DNA of 32,000 bases from Aliivibrio fischeri ES114 (GTDB taxonomy: Bacteria > Pseudomonadota > Gammaproteobacteria > Enterobacterales > Vibrionaceae). Each line of letters begins with the position of its first letter. Position 1 is the stretch's first letter. Made by a program: the position numbers and the translations under genes. The notes beneath the pieces were generated by a model. The model did not search any database and was not told the origin of the DNA. It was given only the letters and a program-made list of their open reading frames with translations. This document shows, piece by piece, positions 9,441-18,204 of the stretch. Location: the NCBI RefSeq assembly GCF_000011805.1, contig NC_006840.2; one strand, written 5' to 3'.

Positions 9441-9782
9441 TTAAATATTTAGAGGCGGTACATTATTCTTTCTTTGAAAATTTATATTCACTCAATAATT
9501 AACATTATGTAAACAAGTAAGTTTGGTTCATTATTACTTTAAAAATACGGCATATAGCACAAAGAATACGTATTACATGTAAACGAATTACTGCTATTAT
9601 TTATGCTTTATTAAGAATTATTAACAAGTTCAATATTGTTGATACCATTGAAAAAATGCATCAAAAACACTGTAGTAAATTGATATTTAAGGTGTTTTTG
9701 ATTGATATTTTTATCATTAACATAATAATACCAAAGTGTTAACGGTCTCATTTTGTAGTTTTCTTTCATATACAATTATATA

Positions 9783-9825
9783 GTGATCGAGATCAATCAT
9801 TGGCTTAATTTTCGTGTGCTACACT
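9783..9825 (+). promoter_or_regulatory. FNR-like box with a class II-spaced -10 upstream of the membrane-protein/pfl genes
   Basis: GTGATcgagATCAA (9783-9796) matches the FNR consensus TTGAT-N4-ATCAA at 9 of 10 positions. The left half is CRP-like (GTGA). TACACT (9820-9825) sits where a -10 would lie if the box is centred near -41.5. Confidence 0.45.
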
Positions 9826-9903
9826 CGGCGAAAATAAAAAGAACAAGCTTCAATACCTACTGTATTGATTCATTATTTACTTTAAATTCCATATGAGGAT
9901 TCT

Positions 9904-11412
9904 ATGTCTACAGACAAAGAACTGAACGAAAAAAGCTATAGCGAATTACACCGCCCAGCTTCTGAGTTCGCTAGCCGTTCAGATTACTTAGATCATGAAC
10001 TTCAAATCATGAAACCACGCCGTTTTGGTTTAAACTTACCAGGTCGTGATTTCCGTTTTGAACTAGAAGATCTTGTTCCTGCTCTAGCGGGTACGATTGG
10101 TATCATTGCAATGTACTCTGCTGTAATGATGTCTTGGGCTGACGGTCTAACACAAGCATGGCCTCACATTACTTTAGGCAAAGATTTTGCTATTGAAGTT
10201 GCTCGTGTTGAAATGCTTATCCCTGCTTTCTTATTCTGTATCTTAGCTTCTGGTTTCTTTAACCCTCGCGCTAACCTTGCAGGTAACCATGGCCCTATGA
10301 TCCCACTAATCGGTGCGATCGCGTTAGCTGGTGCACACCCTCTTGCTCTTGCCATTTTACTAGGTGTATTCGGCTTACTATTAAGTTACTTTAAAGGTGG
10401 CTCAAAACTGGTTAACCTGACTTCGGAAGGGGTTGCCGGTGGTCTACTTGTTTTCTTAGGCTTCAGCGGAGCTATGGGACAAATTAGTAAGATCCAATCT
10501 TGGTCAACAGGCTTAGAAGGCAACTTTGGCTATGTTGGTTTGATTGTATTAGCTGTGAACATTGTTCTGTACGCTTACCTTGCTCGTATCAACAAACGTT
10601 GGTTAGCAATCCCAGCTTGTGCGTTTGCAGGCTTAGCTGTAGCTCTTGCTCTAGGTGCTGGTTTTGACCTTAAGTTTGAAACTGAAATGGGTCTTCCTAA
10701 CCTAAACCCTGTTTACTGGTGGGGTTCAACTGAAGAAGGCTGGATGCTTGGCTTACCAAACCTACAACACTTCTTAGCGTCTTTACCATTTGCTATTCTT
10801 GCTGTTGCTATGTGGTCTCCAGACTTCCTTGGTCACCGTATCTTCCAAGAACTGAACTACCCTCGTCGTACTGAAAAAGTGTTAATGGATGTTGATGACA
10901 CAATGACTATGTGTTCAATCCGTCAAATGGTAGGAACCGCTGTTGGTGGTGGTAATATCACTTCTTCTTGGGGTACATACATGATCCCAGCAGCGATTGC
11001 TAAGCGTCCAATCCCTGGCGGTGCTATCCTTCTTGGTACTATCGTTATGATTATCGCCATCCTTGGTTTCCCAATGGATGTAGCTGTATGGCCACCAGTA
11101 ATGTGTATGGCTCTATTAGTAGGTGTATTCCTACCAATGCTTGAAGCTGGTGTTCAAATGGTTAAAGAGAACAAAGATGCACAATCTGCAGGTATTTGTA
11201 TCTTTGCTGCTGCTGTTGCAAACCCTGTTTTAGCATGGGCAATGACTATGCTTCTTGATAACAATGGTTTAATCGGTGATAAAGAACGTCCTAAGAATCT
11301 TTCTTTCATTGACCGTATCGTTATCCCTGGCGGCGTATTAGTAATTTGTTTAATTGCGATGCTTGCTGTAGGTATGCTTGAAGGTCAATATGGCATCAAG
11401 GCACTACTATAG
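9904..11412 (+). CDS. Uncharacterised polytopic inner-membrane protein (502 aa, about 12-13 hydrophobic segments), putative transporter
   Basis: GAGGA lies 4 nt upstream of the ATG. A hydrophilic N-terminal tail of about 55 aa is followed by Gly/Ala-rich hydrophobic segments, for example GTAVGGGNITSSWGTYMIPAAIA. It is not FocA/FNT-like in size or motifs. Codon usage has the same strongly biased third-position-T style (cgt, ggt, gct, tct, ctt/cta) as pflB. Confidence 0.8.
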   Translation: MSTDKELNEKSYSELHRPASEFASRSDYLDHELQIMKPRRFGLNLPGRDFRFELEDLVPALAGTIGIIAMYSAVMMSWADGLTQAWPHITLGKDFAIEVARVEMLIPAFLFCILASGFFNPRANLAGNHGPMIPLIGAIALAGAHPLALAILLGVFGLLLSYFKGGSKLVNLTSEGVAGGLLVFLGFSGAMGQISKIQSWSTGLEGNFGYVGLIVLAVNIVLYAYLARINKRWLAIPACAFAGLAVALALGAGFDLKFETEMGLPNLNPVYWWGSTEEGWMLGLPNLQHFLASLPFAILAVAMWSPDFLGHRIFQELNYPRRTEKVLMDVDDTMTMCSIRQMVGTAVGGGNITSSWGTYMIPAAIAKRPIPGGAILLGTIVMIIAILGFPMDVAVWPPVMCMALLVGVFLPMLEAGVQMVKENKDAQSAGICIFAAAVANPVLAWAMTMLLDNNGLIGDKERPKNLSFIDRIVIPGGVLVICLIAMLAVGMLEGQYGIKALL

Positions 11413-11439
11413 TAGTCAAACCTAACCTATAATACTTAT

Positions 11440-11469
11440 GGGGTAACCAAAAATGTTACCCCTTTTTAT
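11440..11469 (+). terminator. Rho-independent terminator after the membrane-protein gene
   Basis: GGGGTAAC-caaaaat-GTTACCCC followed by TTTTTATT. Confidence 0.8.
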
Positions 11470-11488
11470 TAAAAAAATTGAAAATTTA

Positions 11489-11530
11489 TTGATTTAGTTT
11501 AAGGTTTGCAAAAAAAGTTTAAGGTAATCT
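11489..11530 (+). promoter_or_regulatory. Possible pflB-proximal promoter: degenerate FNR-like box, 10-bp direct repeats and a -10
   Basis: TTGATttagTTTAA (11489-11502) matches the FNR consensus at 8 of 10 positions. TAATCT (11525-11530) sits at class II distance. A perfect direct repeat AGTTTAAGGT occurs at 11496-11505 and 11516-11525, exactly 20 bp apart, overlapping both elements. Confidence 0.3.
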
Positions 11531-11698
11531 TGAAAAATAAAGTGGTTAGTCGCAATATATATGCTTATAAGCTAGATTTTGTAATCATTTATATTGTTAT
11601 TAAATTGAGTGTACTATTTTGCCTTCTAACGAAGGATATGGGTATCTCAAACCCATTTTAATAGTACGTATTTTTTCTACTAAAAAGGTAGGTATATC

Positions 11699-13975
11699 AT
11701 GGCAGAGCAATTTGCTAAAGCTTGGACAGGTTTTGCAGACGGTGAGTGGCAAAACGAAGTTAACGTTCGCGATTTCATCCAAAAGAACTATGCACCATAT
11801 GAAGGTGATGAAGAATTCCTAGTTTCTGAAGGTACTGAAGCAACTAACAAGCTTTGGGCTAAAGTAATGGAAGGCATCAAACAGGAAAACGCAACTCACG
11901 CACCTGTTGATTTTGATACTGACGTTATCTCTACCATCACAGCTCACGATGCTGGTTACATCGAAAAAGATCTTGAAACTATCGTAGGTCTACAAACTGA
12001 TGCTCCTCTAAAACGTGCTATCATCCCTAACGGTGGTATCCGTATGGTTGAAGGTTCATGTAAAGCATACGATCGTGAATTAGATCCTTCAATTTCTAAA
12101 ATCTACTCTGAATACCGTAAAACACACAATGCTGGTGTTTTCGATATCTACACTCCAGACATCCTAAAATGTCGTAAATCAGGTGTTCTAACTGGTCTTC
12201 CAGATGCTTACGGCCGTGGTCGTATCATCGGTGATTACCGTCGTGTAGCACTTTACGGTATTGATTTCCTAATCAAAGACAAACTAGCTCAATTCACCTC
12301 TCTACAAGAGCGTTTTGAGAACGGTGAAGATCTAACTGCAACTATGCAACTTCGTGAAGAAATTGCTGAGCAACACCGTGCACTAGGTCAAATCAAGCAA
12401 ATGGCTGCGAAATACGGTTACGATATTTCTGGTCCTGCTACTACTGCTCAAGAAGCTGTTCAATGGACTTACTTCGGCTACCTAGCTGCTGTTAAATCTC
12501 AAAACGGTGCTGCAATGTCTCTAGGTCGTACTTCGACTTTCCTAGACATCTACATCCAACGTGATCTTGATGCTGGTCTTATTACTGAAGAACAAGCTCA
12601 AGAAATGATCGACCACTTCGTAATGAAGCTTCGTATGGTTCGTTTCCTACGTACTCCTGAATACGATGAGCTATTCTCTGGTGACCCAATCTGGGCAACA
12701 GAATCTATGGGTGGTATGGGTCTTGACGGTCGTACACTAGTTACACGTACTAACTTCCGTTTCCTAAACAGCCTATACACTATGGGTCCTTCTCCAGAGC
12801 CAAACATCACTGTTCTTTGGTCTGAGCAACTACCTGACGGCTTCAAACGTTTCTGTGCGAAAGTATCTATCGATACTTCTTCTATCCAGTACGAAAATGA
12901 TGACCTAATGCGTCCTGACCTACAATCTGATGACTACGCAATCGCTTGTTGTGTATCTCCAATGGTTGTTGGTAAGCAAATGCAATTCTTTGGTGCTCGT
13001 GCTAACCTTGCAAAAACTATGCTTTACGCAATCAACGGTGGTGTTGATGAGAAGCTGAAAATGCAAGTTGGTCCTAAAGAAGCGCCAATGGCTGACGAAG
13101 TTCTTGATTACGCTAAAGTAATGGATCGTCTAGATCACTTCATGGATTGGTTAGCTAAACAATACGTGACTGCTCTAAACAGCATCCACTACATGCACGA
13201 TAAATACAGCTACGAAGCGTCTCTAATGGCTCTTCACGATCGTGACGTTCGTCGTACAATGGCTTGTGGTATCGCTGGTCTTTCTGTTGCAGCTGACTCA
13301 CTATCTGCAATCAAATACGCTACAGTTAAACCTGTACGTGACGAAGACGGCATCGCTATCGATTTCGAAATCGAAGGTGATTACCCTAAATTTGGTAACA
13401 ACGACCCACGCGTTGATGATATCGCATGTGAACTAGTTTCTACGTTTATGGGCAAAATCCGTAAACTGAAAATGTACCGTAACGCTATCCCAACTCAATC
13501 TATCCTTACTATTACATCTAACGTTGTATACGGTAAGAAAACTGGTAATACACCAGATGGTCGTCAAGCAGGTGCTCCTTTTGCTCCTGGTGCTAACCCA
13601 ATGCACGGCCGTGATGAGAAAGGTGCTGTAGCATCTCTAACTTCAGTAGGTAAACTACCGTTTGCTGATGCACAAGATGGTATCTCTTACACATTCTCTA
13701 TCGTACCTAACGCTCTAGGTAAAGACGATGACAACCGTCGTTCTAACCTTGCTGGCCTAATGGATGGTTACTTCCACCACGAAGCAAACATCGAAGGCGG
13801 TCAACACTTGAACGTTAACGTTCTTAACCGTGAAACTCTAGAAGACGCAGTTAAGCACCCAGAGAACTACCCACAACTAACTATCCGTGTATCGGGTTAC
13901 GCTGTGCGTTTTAACTCTCTAACTACTGAACAACAAAAAGACGTAATCGCACGTACTTTCACTGAATCACTATAA
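11699..13975 (+). CDS. pflB: Pyruvate formate-lyase (formate C-acetyltransferase 1)
   Basis: 758 aa. It is collinear with E. coli PflB (760 aa). The glycyl-radical motif RVSGYAV has its Gly codon at 13895-13897. An adjacent CC pair (IACCVSPM, as in the PflB active site) is present. Codon bias is very strong. Confidence 0.97.
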   Translation: MAEQFAKAWTGFADGEWQNEVNVRDFIQKNYAPYEGDEEFLVSEGTEATNKLWAKVMEGIKQENATHAPVDFDTDVISTITAHDAGYIEKDLETIVGLQTDAPLKRAIIPNGGIRMVEGSCKAYDRELDPSISKIYSEYRKTHNAGVFDIYTPDILKCRKSGVLTGLPDAYGRGRIIGDYRRVALYGIDFLIKDKLAQFTSLQERFENGEDLTATMQLREEIAEQHRALGQIKQMAAKYGYDISGPATTAQEAVQWTYFGYLAAVKSQNGAAMSLGRTSTFLDIYIQRDLDAGLITEEQAQEMIDHFVMKLRMVRFLRTPEYDELFSGDPIWATESMGGMGLDGRTLVTRTNFRFLNSLYTMGPSPEPNITVLWSEQLPDGFKRFCAKVSIDTSSIQYENDDLMRPDLQSDDYAIACCVSPMVVGKQMQFFGARANLAKTMLYAINGGVDEKLKMQVGPKEAPMADEVLDYAKVMDRLDHFMDWLAKQYVTALNSIHYMHDKYSYEASLMALHDRDVRRTMACGIAGLSVAADSLSAIKYATVKPVRDEDGIAIDFEIEGDYPKFGNNDPRVDDIACELVSTFMGKIRKLKMYRNAIPTQSILTITSNVVYGKKTGNTPDGRQAGAPFAPGANPMHGRDEKGAVASLTSVGKLPFADAQDGISYTFSIVPNALGKDDDNRRSNLAGLMDGYFHHEANIEGGQHLNVNVLNRETLEDAVKHPENYPQLTIRVSGYAVRFNSLTTEQQKDVIARTFTESL

Positions 13976-13999
13976 TTCAGCGTTAATTAAGTAGAATTG

Positions 14000-14027
14000 A
14001 GCCCTGCCATTTTGGTGGGGCTTTTTT
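14000..14027 (+). terminator. Rho-independent terminator after pflB
   Basis: AGCCCTGCCA-ttt-TGGTGGGGCT (two G-U pairs) followed by TTTTT. Confidence 0.7.
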
Positions 14028-14137
14028 ATTGCCTTATTAAATTAAAGTTTATCTCCCCTTTCTCTTCTTCATTACTACTTAATTGACCGCTTTTATAATA
14101 AAATAACCCCATAATTATAGTTCGGAGAAATGTCGTC

Positions 14138-14875
14138 ATGTCTGTAGGTCGTATTCACTCTTTTGAAACATGTGGAACTGTTGATGGTCCTGGTATTCGC
14201 TTTATTGTTTTCTTGCAAGGCTGTTTAATGCGTTGTATGTATTGCCACAACCGTGATACTTGGGATACACATGATGGTAAAGAAGTGACTGTTGCTGAAT
14301 TGATTGAAGAAGCAAAAAGCTATCGTCACTTTATGAAAGCCTCAGGAGGCGGTATTACTTGTTCAGGCGGTGAAGCAATGTTACAACCTGAATTTGTACG
14401 TGATTTTTTCCGTGCAGCTCAAGCAGAAGGCATCCATACTTGTTTAGATACCAATGGGTATATTCGTAAACACACAGATGTGATTGATGAAGTTTTAGAA
14501 GCATCAGATCTTGTTATGCTTGATCTAAAACAGATGAAAGATGACGTCCATAAAGAATTCATTGGTGTATCAAATACTCGAGTTCTTGATTTTGCTCGTT
14601 ACCTTCATAAGATTGGTCAAAAAACATGGATCCGTTACGTTATTGTTCCTGGCTATACTGATGATGAAGAATCAGCACACCTTTTAGGTAACTTTATTAA
14701 AGATATGGATAACATTGAAAAAATAGAATTACTTCCATACCACAAATTAGGTGCCCATAAATGGGAAGCATTAGGCCATGACTACCCTCTTGAAGGCGTT
14801 AATCCACCATCAAAAGAAACGATGGAAAAAATGGTCGAAATCCTAAGCCAATACCACAACAACGTAAAATATTAA
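14138..14875 (+). CDS. pflA: Pyruvate formate-lyase activating enzyme (radical SAM)
   Basis: 245 aa. [42 protein letters not shown] carries the CxxxCxxC radical-SAM cluster motif. It is collinear with E. coli PflA (246 aa). Confidence 0.95.
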   Translation: MSVGRIHSFETCGTVDGPGIRFIVFLQGCLMRCMYCHNRDTWDTHDGKEVTVAELIEEAKSYRHFMKASGGGITCSGGEAMLQPEFVRDFFRAAQAEGIHTCLDTNGYIRKHTDVIDEVLEASDLVMLDLKQMKDDVHKEFIGVSNTRVLDFARYLHKIGQKTWIRYVIVPGYTDDEESAHLLGNFIKDMDNIEKIELLPYHKLGAHKWEALGHDYPLEGVNPPSKETMEKMVEILSQYHNNVKY

Positions 14876-14902
14876 TTACGTCGTTCCCTTTTTAAGCAAC
14901 AC

Positions 14903-14928
14903 AAATGCCCGATCTTCGGGCATTTTTA
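14903..14928 (+). terminator. Rho-independent terminator after pflA
   Basis: AATGCCCGA-tct-TCGGGCATT followed by TTTAT. The first ATG of the 14905 track ORF lies inside this stem. Confidence 0.8.
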
Positions 14929-14940
14929 TTGGAAAAAATA

Positions 14941-16089
14941 ATGTACCAATTAAGCTTTTCGCTACAAGAATTCCTATCTGAGTATTGGCAAAAAAAACCT
15001 GTAATCATCAAAGACGGATTTGAGAACTTTCAAGATCCTGTTACTCCAGAAGAACTAGCAGGACTGACCTTAGAAAACGACGTCGATTCTCGATTCATTT
15101 CTAACGCTAATAACGAATGGAAAGCAGAGCACGGGCCTTTATCTGAAGAGCTTTATGAAACTCTTGGAGAGACCAATTGGTCTATTATCGTCCAAGCAGC
15201 TAATCACTGGCACAAAGGCGCAGCAGAATTGTTCAAGCCTTTTAAACAAATGCCCAATTGGTTATTTGATGACATCATGATCAGCTACTCAGTGCCTCAT
15301 GGCGGTGTTGGTCCACATATTGATCAATATGATGTATTTATCATCCAAGGTCAGGGGAAACGTCATTGGCGTGTTGGCGATATCGGTGAATATCAAGAAG
15401 AACATAGACATTCTGCATTGAAACAAATTACTGGATTTGAACCGATTATCGATCAAATTCTAGAGCCTGGTGACATTCTTTATATCCCACCCGGCTTCCC
15501 GCATGATGGCTACGCCTTAGAGCCATCTATGAGTTATTCAGCAGGTTTTCGTTCTCCAAAAGAACAAGAGTTAATCAGTAATTTTGCTGACTTCATTATT
15601 GAGAATGAAAAAGGTGATGTTCATTATCATAACCCTGAACTCTCGACACAAAGTCATGGTAGCGAAATCACAACAAGAAGCTTTGAAGACTTAAAAGCGA
15701 TGATGTTAAGCGCAATGTCAGATGAGCAAACGCTAAAGCAGTTTATGGGAGAGTACTTAAGTAACTCTCGTCATCATTTAAATATCATTCCAGATTCTGA
15801 AAAGTGGACAACTGAAGAGTTGCTTAATTACTTACATTCAGGTCAAGCATTGATCAAAGTGGCAGGCGTCCGCTCGTTTTACCATGAAGTAGAATCATGT
15901 GAAGAAAACATGACTCTTTTTATTGATGGTGAAAGTTATGTTTTCCCATTAAAAATGAAAAATGATGTGATCACATTATGTGAAGCTAATGAGGTAACAC
16001 TGAACAATATTGAACAGCTTTTACTAGACCCTCATTCTGTCGCTAACTTACTTCAACTGGTAAATATCGGATATTTTTACGCGGAATAA
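14941..16089 (+). CDS. roxA: Ribosomal protein uL16 arginine 3-hydroxylase (JmjC/cupin 2-oxoglutarate oxygenase, YcfD/RoxA)
   Basis: I moved the start from 14905 to the ATG at 14941 (MYQLSFSLQEFLSEYWQKKPVIIKDGF), which aligns with E. coli YcfD (MEYQLTLNWPDFLERHWQKRPVVLKRGF). It shares GPHIDQYDVFIIQGQGKRHWRVG and GDILYIPPGFPHDGYALE with YcfD. Confidence 0.9.
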   Translation: MYQLSFSLQEFLSEYWQKKPVIIKDGFENFQDPVTPEELAGLTLENDVDSRFISNANNEWKAEHGPLSEELYETLGETNWSIIVQAANHWHKGAAELFKPFKQMPNWLFDDIMISYSVPHGGVGPHIDQYDVFIIQGQGKRHWRVGDIGEYQEEHRHSALKQITGFEPIIDQILEPGDILYIPPGFPHDGYALEPSMSYSAGFRSPKEQELISNFADFIIENEKGDVHYHNPELSTQSHGSEITTRSFEDLKAMMLSAMSDEQTLKQFMGEYLSNSRHHLNIIPDSEKWTTEELLNYLHSGQALIKVAGVRSFYHEVESCEENMTLFIDGESYVFPLKMKNDVITLCEANEVTLNNIEQLLLDPHSVANLLQLVNIGYFYAE

Positions 16090-16093
16090 GTAC

Positions 16094-16125
16094 AAAAAAA
16101 GCGCGATATAAATTGCCTATCGCGC
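16094..16125 (-). terminator. Rho-independent terminator in minus-strand orientation (for oppF), lying next to the roxA stop
   Basis: On the minus strand: GCGCGATA-ggcaattta-TATCGCGC followed by TTTTTTT (plus-strand A-run 16094-16100). Confidence 0.65.
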
Positions 16126-16162
16126 TTAAGCCTGTCACAGGCTGAATTAAAATACATTTTTT

Positions 16163-16192
16163 AACCCATCATAAATATTATGATGGGTTTTT
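16163..16192 (+). terminator. Rho-independent terminator in plus-strand orientation (for roxA), lying next to the oppF stop
   Basis: AACCCATCAT-aaatatt-ATGATGGGTT followed by TTT. In the minus orientation the stem is followed by A residues, so it should not terminate minus-strand transcripts. Confidence 0.65.
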
Positions 16193-16193
16193 A

Positions 16194-17195
16194 TTAAATG
16201 TCTGTTACCGCCAAACACGATACCGCATGTACATCGTTGCCTTTTAGTTCAGGCTTTGTTTCTGCACATGCATCTGTTGCTTGAGGACAACGTGTACGGA
16301 ACACACAGCCAGATGGTGGATTGATTGGAGATGGTAAATCCCCTTCTAGCATTTCAATCGTTTTTGCTCTTTCTAGCTTTGGATCAGGAATTGGAACGGC
16401 TGACATCAAGGCTTTTGTATAAGGATGCTTAGGATTACTAAATAACGCGTCAGACTCACCAAGTTCAACCTCATTACCTAAATACATAACTAGAACACGA
16501 TCTGAGATATGCTTCACAACCGATAAATCGTGAGCAATAAAGACTAAGCTTAAACCAAGTTCTTTTTGAAGCTCTTTAAGTAAGTTAACTACCTGTGCTT
16601 GAATTGATACATCCAAAGCCGATACTGGCTCATCACAAATGATCATCTTAGGTTTTAAAATAAGCGCTCGTGCAATACCAATACGTTGACATTGACCGCC
16701 AGAAAATTCATGAGGATAACGGTTTATCACATTAGGTAATAATCCCACTTTAGCCATCATCTCTTTAACTCTATCCTTCACTTCATCTTTTGTTAGCTTT
16801 GGATAAAAAGTTTGTAATGGCTCAGCAATAATATCACCTACTGTCATACGAGGATTCAATGATGCCAAAGGATCTTGGAATATCATCTGTATTTCTTTGC
16901 GCTTTTGACGAAGTGGTTCATCTTCTAATTTAGTCAGATCTTCTCCTAACCAAACTACTTCACCATCTGTCGCTTCAACTAAACCAATAATGGCACGAGC
17001 AAAGGTTGATTTACCACAACCAGATTCACCAACAACACCTAGTGTTTCACCTTCATATAAACGAACGTTAACACCATCAACCGCTTTTAAGTTTGCAGGT
17101 TTAGCCCAAGGCCATACTGATTTCGCTGCAATACTAAAATGCACTTTAAGGTTCTTTACATCTAGAATTAAATTTTTATCTGCTGACATTACCAC
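16194..17195 (-). CDS. oppF: Oligopeptide ABC transporter ATP-binding protein OppF
   Basis: 333 aa. Walker A is GESGCGKST, the signature is FSGGQCQR and Walker B is IICDEP. The oligopeptide C-terminal domain carries Cys residues (GCVFRTRCPQATDAC). The start overlaps the oppD stop by 7 nt. Confidence 0.92.
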   Translation of the reverse strand: MVMSADKNLILDVKNLKVHFSIAAKSVWPWAKPANLKAVDGVNVRLYEGETLGVVGESGCGKSTFARAIIGLVEATDGEVVWLGEDLTKLEDEPLRQKRKEIQMIFQDPLASLNPRMTVGDIIAEPLQTFYPKLTKDEVKDRVKEMMAKVGLLPNVINRYPHEFSGGQCQRIGIARALILKPKMIICDEPVSALDVSIQAQVVNLLKELQKELGLSLVFIAHDLSVVKHISDRVLVMYLGNEVELGESDALFSNPKHPYTKALMSAVPIPDPKLERAKTIEMLEGDLPSPINPPSGCVFRTRCPQATDACAETKPELKGNDVHAVSCLAVTDI

Positions 17196-18154
17196 GTCTC
17201 CTGATCAGAAAAACAAGCACGTAAACGATCTTGACCAAACGGCAATAAGATCGGAGCTTCTTGCTTACAACGGTCCATAACACGATGACATCGTTCTTGA
17301 TAAGGACAGCCTGTAGGTAAACGGAGTAAATTAGGTGGGTTACCTGGAATAGTCGGTAAGATTTCCCCTTCCGTATCTAAACGAGGAATCGCTTTTAATA
17401 ACCCCTCAGCATAAGGGTGGCTTGGCTCGTAAAATATTTCATTTACTGTGCCGTATTCCATTGTACGACCAGCATACATAACAAGCACTTTGTCACAAGA
17501 ACCAGCAACAACACCAAGATCGTGAGTAATCATGATAATCGCTGTATTAAATTCACTTTTCAGCTCATTCAATAATTCCATAATTTGTGCTTGTACCGTT
17601 ACATCTAACGCGGTAGTTGGTTCATCAGCAATAAGGAGTTTCGGACGACAAAGCAATGCCATCGCAATCATCACACGCTGGCGCATACCACCCGAAAATT
17701 CATGTGGATACATAGTAATACGTTTACGAGCTTCTGGTATTTTAACCGCTTCTAACATTCGAACAGACTCTTCAAATGCTTCTGCTTTACCCATGCCTTT
17801 ATGTAGCATGAGCACTTCCATTAATTGTTCACTTACTTTCATGTATGGATTAAGTGACGTCATTGGATCTTGGAAGATCATCGCCATCTGTTCAGCACGA
17901 ATACTGTTCAGTTCTTTTTCTGGAAGGTTAAGGATCTCTTTTCCTTCAAATTTTGCGCTACCAGTAATAATACCGTTTTTAGCTAATAATCCCATTAAGG
18001 CAAATACAGTTTGTGATTTACCTGAACCTGATTCACCAACAATACCTAATGTCTCACCTTGTTTTAGTGAGAAGTTTAAATCATTTACTGCCGTTACATT
18101 ACCATCTTGTGTGGTGAACTCTACTCGCAGATCTTTTACATCTAATAAACTCAT
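17189..18154 (-). CDS. oppD: Oligopeptide ABC transporter ATP-binding protein OppD
   Basis: 321 aa. It has GESGSGKSQ, FSGGMRQR and LIADEPTTALD, with a C-terminal CPYQERC motif. Its position in the operon is canonical. Confidence 0.92.
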   Translation of the reverse strand: MSLLDVKDLRVEFTTQDGNVTAVNDLNFSLKQGETLGIVGESGSGKSQTVFALMGLLAKNGIITGSAKFEGKEILNLPEKELNSIRAEQMAMIFQDPMTSLNPYMKVSEQLMEVLMLHKGMGKAEAFEESVRMLEAVKIPEARKRITMYPHEFSGGMRQRVMIAMALLCRPKLLIADEPTTALDVTVQAQIMELLNELKSEFNTAIIMITHDLGVVAGSCDKVLVMYAGRTMEYGTVNEIFYEPSHPYAEGLLKAIPRLDTEGEILPTIPGNPPNLLRLPTGCPYQERCHRVMDRCKQEAPILLPFGQDRLRACFSDQETW

Positions 18155-18204
18155 AATTCTTTCCTGCTCAAATTTGTTTAATAATTAACTGTCCACACAG
18201 AGGA

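Noticed and set aside
9507-9584. ATGTAAAC 8-mer repeated 70 bp apart, and a 10-bp AATACGTATT palindrome
   Set aside because: These are short AT-rich matches in a 615-bp AT-rich region, plausibly chance. No consensus I can name fits them.
9655-9741. 28-codon ORF (MHQKHCSKLIFKVFLIDIFIINIIIPKC) in the 615-bp art/pfl control region
   Set aside because: It has no SD, lies in extremely AT-rich DNA and has no terminator. It is most likely a chance ORF.
11600-11822. Two overlapping 60-67-aa ORFs on both strands at the pflB 5' end
   Set aside because: They overlap the pflB SD and start region and have no independent signals. pflB coding there is unambiguous.
14905-14940. Upstream ATG of the roxA ORF
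   Set aside because: The ATG is buried in the pflA terminator stem. The ATG at 14941 aligns with the E. coli YcfD N-terminus.
17532-18188. 218-aa plus-strand ORF
   Set aside because: It is entirely antisense to oppD, which has unmistakable ABC ATPase motifs. Its composition is low-complexity and Ser/Ile/Asn-rich, typical of the antisense frame of a biased gene.
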